From Marsupella aquatica (Eukaryota; Plantae; Marchantiophyta), in NCBI GenBank assembly GCA_973895155.1, contig OZ316896.1, positions 6,376,166 to 6,440,165 of the forward strand: a stretch of 64,000 nucleotides of DNA, read 5' to 3'. The stretch's first letter is position 1, and each line of letters opens with the position of its first letter. Under the pieces are notes generated by a model. That model was given only the letters and a program-made list of their open reading frames with translations, was not told the DNA's origin and searched no databases. Position numbers and translations under genes: made by a program. This document shows positions 58,211 through 64,000 of this stretch, piece after piece.

Positions 58211-59737
58211 TGTGACAGACCTATCTCACACTTACCTCAAAGCCAAGGAGACAAGGGACTCTTAGATCTTCAAAATGAAGAGAATCATAAGTAAAATCGC
58301 ATATCACAGACATGTTTCTCTTGTTGACAGATCACAGTGGTTGAAAGCTTCTGATATTCAATTGGGAAGTTTGTGACCAAATGAGCACAACCAACACTGC
58401 ACTTTTCAACCAGTGTCATGCCTGGATGGGTGGGACCACTAAGCACTCTTGGCCTCAGACTGATCCATGCCTGGACCCAGTGTTGACGGGATACTCATCG
58501 AGTCCAGTGCGTTTTATTTTCGGCGGATTCTTCACATCTCCTTGGTCCCTCAGAACCCTGGCAAATGCAACAAAGGGAAAAAACATTGTCCAATGACGGC
58601 ATTTACTCCTACTCTCTTGTGAGTTGAGCCCATGCCCTTTTGCCAACCAATCCTCCTCACCCCCAATCCCAGCCAAGGCTCGCGTGCCCTTCTCACCTCA
58701 ATTCTCCAGATTGCCTCAATTCCTACCTCAAAGCTGGCTAATAAACTTACCTGGTGGGACCCTAACTAGCCTTTAACCTTACCTGGTTGGACCGCAATTA
58801 GCCAAACCCTCCTTACCACTTGGCAAGTGGAAGAGGCAGTCACCTTACTATCTACCTGGTTGGCCACATGATTCTCACCACTCAGCACCCCAACTTCCCA
58901 GGTCTCCCACTTCCAGGAGGAGCTAGCACCTACTTGCCTCCACCCAAAATAAATACATTGGTCTGGACAATGAAGCCATGGACATAATTTGGCACAAAGG
59001 CTTTTCAAGCTTCAACGTGGGTCTCAAACCCATTTGAAGCCCATGATGTACCATTGTGCTTGGTTTTGCAAAACAACGTGGTGCTCTAGAAAGCAGGCCA
59101 AACAGGTACTAGATGAATAAGTTATAGCTCAGTTTGGGGGCCAAACGACCACTAATGATCTCTTTAGTACTTGTCAAAATCTGTGAATTTACTGTTTATT
59201 TGCAAAGCTACAGAAATTCAAAATTTTATGATCTTTAAGTAGTTGAAAAAATATGCCAACGTCATTGAAAACCTAGAGAATTTAACATAAACTCATGATT
59301 TCCTTAGTACTTGATAAAATCTATTGAGGCACGGTGAGGGATATGCTTGGTGGACCCCCAAACAGAAAAACTTTGCTTGATCAGCCCCAGGCCACTTTTC
59401 TTCCGTGATCAACCTCCTCTTCATGAGCCGGAGAGGATGTTCTTGTAGATATTCTTGTAAATCAAGCTTCAGGCTTACTAGGACCACACTTGGTCAATAG
59501 TGACTTCAGGCCCTCACTATGAGCTTTGCCCAGTTTTGATCTGACTGCGGGTCAAACTACAGGCATTGAATGGGGCTGGTAGTCGTTGTCGTTCTTGGGA
59601 CAGGCCCTCATGTCCACGCCAAATATCCAAACTATAAGATTAGTGAAGGCACTCACATGAATGTCTTTTAATTGTTTCATGAACATCATTCCTTGTTTTG
59701 GCAATTTTCTCCCAATTGAGGCCCTTTTTGCAAAAAC

Positions 59738-60090
59738 TACTCTTGCTGAAAAGATGCTAGGTAAGTAAGTGTGACCTGAAGACAGTGCCCATCACACCTT
59801 CCAAACTGGCCCCACCAGTGTCAGCCATTCACCCCTACTTGCCCAAATGGCATGGGTGAGCAAATGTTACTCTTGCTGAAAAAAATGCTAAGTCCCATTT
59901 GAAGATAATGTCCACAATGTCTTCCAAAACCACCACTGTTGACCATTTACCCCGCCTGAAAGTCATGGGTTACTCTTGCTAAAAAAATGAGAAGTGTTAT
60001 TTGAAGACAATCTCCACAATCTTTGAAATCACCAGTATTGGTCACCCTTGCTTGCACGGCTAGGTGAGCAAAAAATACTCTCGCTAAAAA
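59738..60090 (+). repeat. Degenerate ~105-130-bp tandem units starting TACTCT(T/C)GCT(G/A)AAAA (4 starts)
   Basis: Motif recurs at ~59738, 59868, 59971 and 60076, with ..TGAAGA(C/T)A.. downstream in three units. Confidence 0.6.
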
Positions 60091-61029
60091 AAGGAGGTAA
60101 CAATAACAGGAAATAGTAAATGTTAACAGTAAAAAATGCAATTCAATAACATTCTTGGAATATTTGGCTCCTCATCGGGCAGTTCAAGATGTTTGAATCT
60201 GCAAAATCAACACGTCCAGTCCATCATTGTATGTGTCAAAAAAATGTTGTCCTTCCAACCCAAAAATGATCAGAAGGATCTGAGTCATGAACGGAGAACC
60301 TCTCCCTAAAAGAGCGTGGGGGCAAAGGATTCCGAGGTGGAAGGTTTGTCAATCTGCGGCTGATCCCCTCATCCAAAGCCAGCCATAAACTGTTCCTCTC
60401 TGTGGATGTCTCCAGATATTGAGTACTTCTAGAAATTGGTACTTTGGTCGACAACTCCAACTTGAGCTTTGGAGTAGTCTCGCTCCTTTTGCCCACAATC
60501 TGCTTCCCTTTATCCATCTAAGCGGAAACACAAAAACCGGATGGAGTTATGAACAACTAAGGGCGCAGAGTAAACACTTGAAGGTCGTGCAATAAAAACA
60601 ATGAGGAAAGTCGGTGATTGGCACTAAGTATCGGACAATTGTCAAAGCGCATGAACATACAAGACCGAGAGCCATGAAAAGACTAGAACAACGGGACCAG
60701 TTTGATTGCAATCAATGGATGGGTACATATTGGTGTAATTGAACAGCTAATTTTTATACCCGAGTACAGTACTTGACATGCATTTAAGTTGAATATGTAA
60801 ATGTCTTCGTAAGAAAATAAACTTCCGATGTGTTTGTATTCATAAAGCTCAAAGTTAAACGCAAACTTTAGTAGCGCCAAACAAAAGGTGAGAGAGATTC
60901 TATTGGAGCTTAGTTGGTGATTTGCGTTTAGCACGATCCCACTTGGAAGCGCTAAGAATACAAACGGGAGACATAAGGAACATAAAGAGGATGGCCAAGA
61001 GGGACATTGAAGGGAGTCAGGACAGCGTC

Positions 61030-64000
61030 AAGATATTGGTGCTGCGATACCTGAAAGGTATAGTAGACAGGATTTGAGAAGTACCGCTTACCCAAGAGGA
61101 GGGCGGGGATATAATCATCGAGCACAAGTAGTAATTCAACAACCATTTGATGTATACTCTAACTCTGATAGGGCTAGAAAAAGTTGCCAGGTTCAGGGGG
61201 AGCTGAATTGTGGTCAAGAAAGAGAGCCGGTAGATATGGAGCCTATAATTGCTACTTCGGTGGGGCAGCGGGATGGAGAAATGGTGCCTCCCTGGTAAGG
61301 GCAGCTAACTCGAAATGTGAGGGTAGCAAAGAGGATAACACGGAGGGGTCAGAACAAGAAGAGGTGGTGGTCACGGCAGAATGTATAAACATTCTGAAGG
61401 AGGCTGCAGCAAATACTACCGGGGATTGGAGTTCTAAGTTGTATACGTCAGTTGAATGGAGTCCGGGTGAAGCAGAAAATAATGCTAGGTAGCTATATAA
61501 TTGTGGAATGCTCTGTTATTTTACGGATTAAACTCCGATGCTCCCAAACTTTTGGGCTTGAATGGATTGGGGCATGAATGGTGGAAGAACAAAATTGGTC
61601 GGTACTACAAGTAAAATTTGTGGGGAAGAGTTTTTATGTGGTTGTCTTTGAGAATGCTGACCATCGGGACATGGCGCTGACTTTGGCACCGTGGTTCCTG
61701 GAACGGAAGTTGGTATACACATTCCCTTGGGACCCTTCATTTGGTATAAGGAATGAGAGTTTTACTAAGCTGCCTGTATGGATTGAGCTTCCATTTCGGG
61801 CACTTATTCTGGAAGGTTGTCAAATCAAGATTGTGGAATCACTAGGGAAGCTGCTGCACTATATACAAGGGGATGATTATAGCTCCTATCCACATGACAA
61901 AGCATGCATCTTATGGGATACGGAAAGAGAGGCGCCTCACAGTGCACGGTCACACGTGTGGTGATCAGAGAGGACATAATAATCTGGCAACCAATTCTGT
62001 TTAAAAATATCCCATATCACTGTTTTGGGTGCAACAAAAAGGGACATCTTGCAAGAGAATGCAAGGAGGGGCAAGATGTCGTGGCTGAAGCAGATCAGGA
62101 GAATAATGATGAGGACTTAGTGGGTACGCTTGAAGAACTAGATGTTGTTGCCGAAGGGGACCCGGAGGAGGTGTTGAGGATGCAACTTGCTATGAATTTG
62201 CGAGTAAGAAAGGGAGCGGAGCTGGCAGCACCTAGAGGGGAAGATACGGTGACAGCTGATATAGTAGCTATTGAATTGCTGATGCATGAGCAAAGGAAGG
62301 GCTTCCTCACCGCAGGAAATAAGAGAGAAAAAGTTGGATGAGGTGAGTGTGGAAGCAGAGGGCGAATGGGGCACATTGACCATGAAGGAGTTGGGGAGGC
62401 CGGAGATGGTGGCTGATGAAATCAGAATTCTTTGGTGTCTGCAAGGCTTGATGCGGGGGCGCAGAGCTTTGAACCCTCTGGATCAAGGGTAGCCGATAAG
62501 GATACCAAACAAGAGTTGACTCACTGAGTGGCAGCATGGAGCTGGAAGCATTATCTTATCATGGCGACACTGACATGGAAATGTCAGAGTATGAGGGTAT
62601 GTAACTAGTAAAGGGAAAGAACATGCAAGAAAACTCTAAAAAACAAAGATCTTTGCAGTTCTCGCACAGGGGATTGTCTGATGTAGGGGAGGAATTTTGG
62701 CTGGAAGCTGCTGCTAAGGGGACGGGAAAGACAATCAACATTGCTTCTGCACGTAGTGAGGATGGTTCGACTGAGCTGTTGAATTCTTCGTTGCTTATTG
62801 TTGACTCTCAGATGGAGGAGACTGGAGAGATTGTCATTGCTACACCGCGGCGACGGAAGGGCGGGAGTGTGGGCTCCGGCACCTCCTCGGGGGGACGAGT
62901 GAGGATATAGAAGCTGACAAACGGGGGGAGGGAGGATTAAGAGAATGACGGAAGATCTATCGAGGATAGCGTCCTGGAATGTATGTGGGCTATATGAACC
63001 CAATGGAAAGAATGTGGTGAAGAACTGGATCATAGCAGCAAGGAAGTAACAACTAAACATTTTGGCACTTCAAGAAATAAAGGCGGATAAGTTTAGACTA
63101 GATATGGCAATGAGAGTAATTCTGCCAACTTATCAGTCTATAGCATTGGCACCTGATGAAGGTCGTGGAGGCACAGCATTACTTATACATCTGGATTTAA
63201 GGCTAATCTCTTTTGGGGTGGCTGATTTAGGTAGAGCTGCAGTATGGGTCATGGTGGAATGTATGGACTGCAACTTTGAAATCCTGAGCGTGTATGCACC
63301 AAATTCTTCTTGTTTAAGAGCCATTCTGTGGCATGAACTTAAATTGCAGCTGCCCCAGGCCAGTTGGATGGTATGTGGAGACTTTAATATGACTAAAATC
63401 AGGGAGGACTCGACTGGTGATTTGCCACTGATTAAGGGCAGAGAAACAGAGTTCTGGCGGTTCCTAACTTTAGGTAAGATTTAATTTGGTTGATGCATTG
63501 CTAATCAAGGGGGAGATCACTGGTAAGAATGGAGGGTATGGTGGAGGCACTAGCAGCGGCATGGATAGAGGGTAAGGGGGACTGCACTGAACCGATTCTA
63601 GGCTTTGACAAGGCCAGTAGAAATATGAGGAGTAAATACATCGAGAAGCAAGCGACACCTAAGTAAGAAGGAGGAAGAAATGTTACTCTTAAGAAATCAA
63701 CTTAGAGTGCTAAAAATGCAATTTTGGACGAGTACACAGAAGAGGAGTTGAGAGACTACATAGACATGGCAGATCTGGAGGAGACACACAAAGGAAGAAG
63801 TTAGCAAGAATCAAGTGGTTGGGAGAGGGAGAGGAGCCTTCAAGATTTTATTTTGCAACTATTAAGGCCAAAAGAGAGAGGGAGGCTGCTATGAGGAGTC
63901 TAACAGTGGAAGGAGACAGAAGGCATGTAAGGAACTATATGCGCCAGCCCTATGGAGCCATCCAGGGGCGAGCGGATGGAAACTCTAAATCAGCAAAGTA
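61030..64000 (+). mobile_element. Second decayed L1-clade LINE (ORF1 and endonuclease), related to 2259-9124, running off the window
   Basis: VKFVGKSFYVVVFEN...APWFLE...LPVWIELP, CFGCNKKGHLAREC, IASWNVCGL, LALQEIKADKFRLD, VYAPN, VCGDFN. Left boundary approximate. Confidence 0.88.

Overview
Eukaryotic land-plant DNA. A seed-free plant such as a liverwort is suspected from the retrotransposon types, but this is inference. The window is almost entirely nested transposable elements plus one intact host gene, a 9-exon TRM13 tRNA 2'-O-methyltransferase (53816-57346, +). Nesting was reconstructed from TSDs. (i) A decayed chromovirus-type Ty3/gypsy (- strand, ~363-15653) carries a full-length decayed L1 LINE (itself holding a 650-bp foldback MITE), a solo LTR and a truncated fragment. 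(ii) A Phygy/Selgy-like Ty3/gypsy (15654-41046, 4-bp TSD CCGG) has its integrase split by a complete 16.6-kb CACTA transposon (22247-38819, TSD GTT). (iii) A retrotransposon accessory ORF is split by a Mutator-like MITE, which holds an intact Bianca-type copia with identical LTRs (44405-50276). (iv) A decayed chromovirus 3' end and a second LINE lie at the right end. The standout is the CACTA cargo. Upstream of the transposase and on the same strand sit intronless ORFs for a stand-alone EDM2-type PHD module, a tandem BRCT protein resembling the DNA polymerase lambda BRCT, an F-box protein and a Cys/His-rich orphan. Together they are a candidate transposon-encoded anti-silencing or DNA-repair-manipulation cassette. 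All domain calls are by motif recognition; no database search was run.
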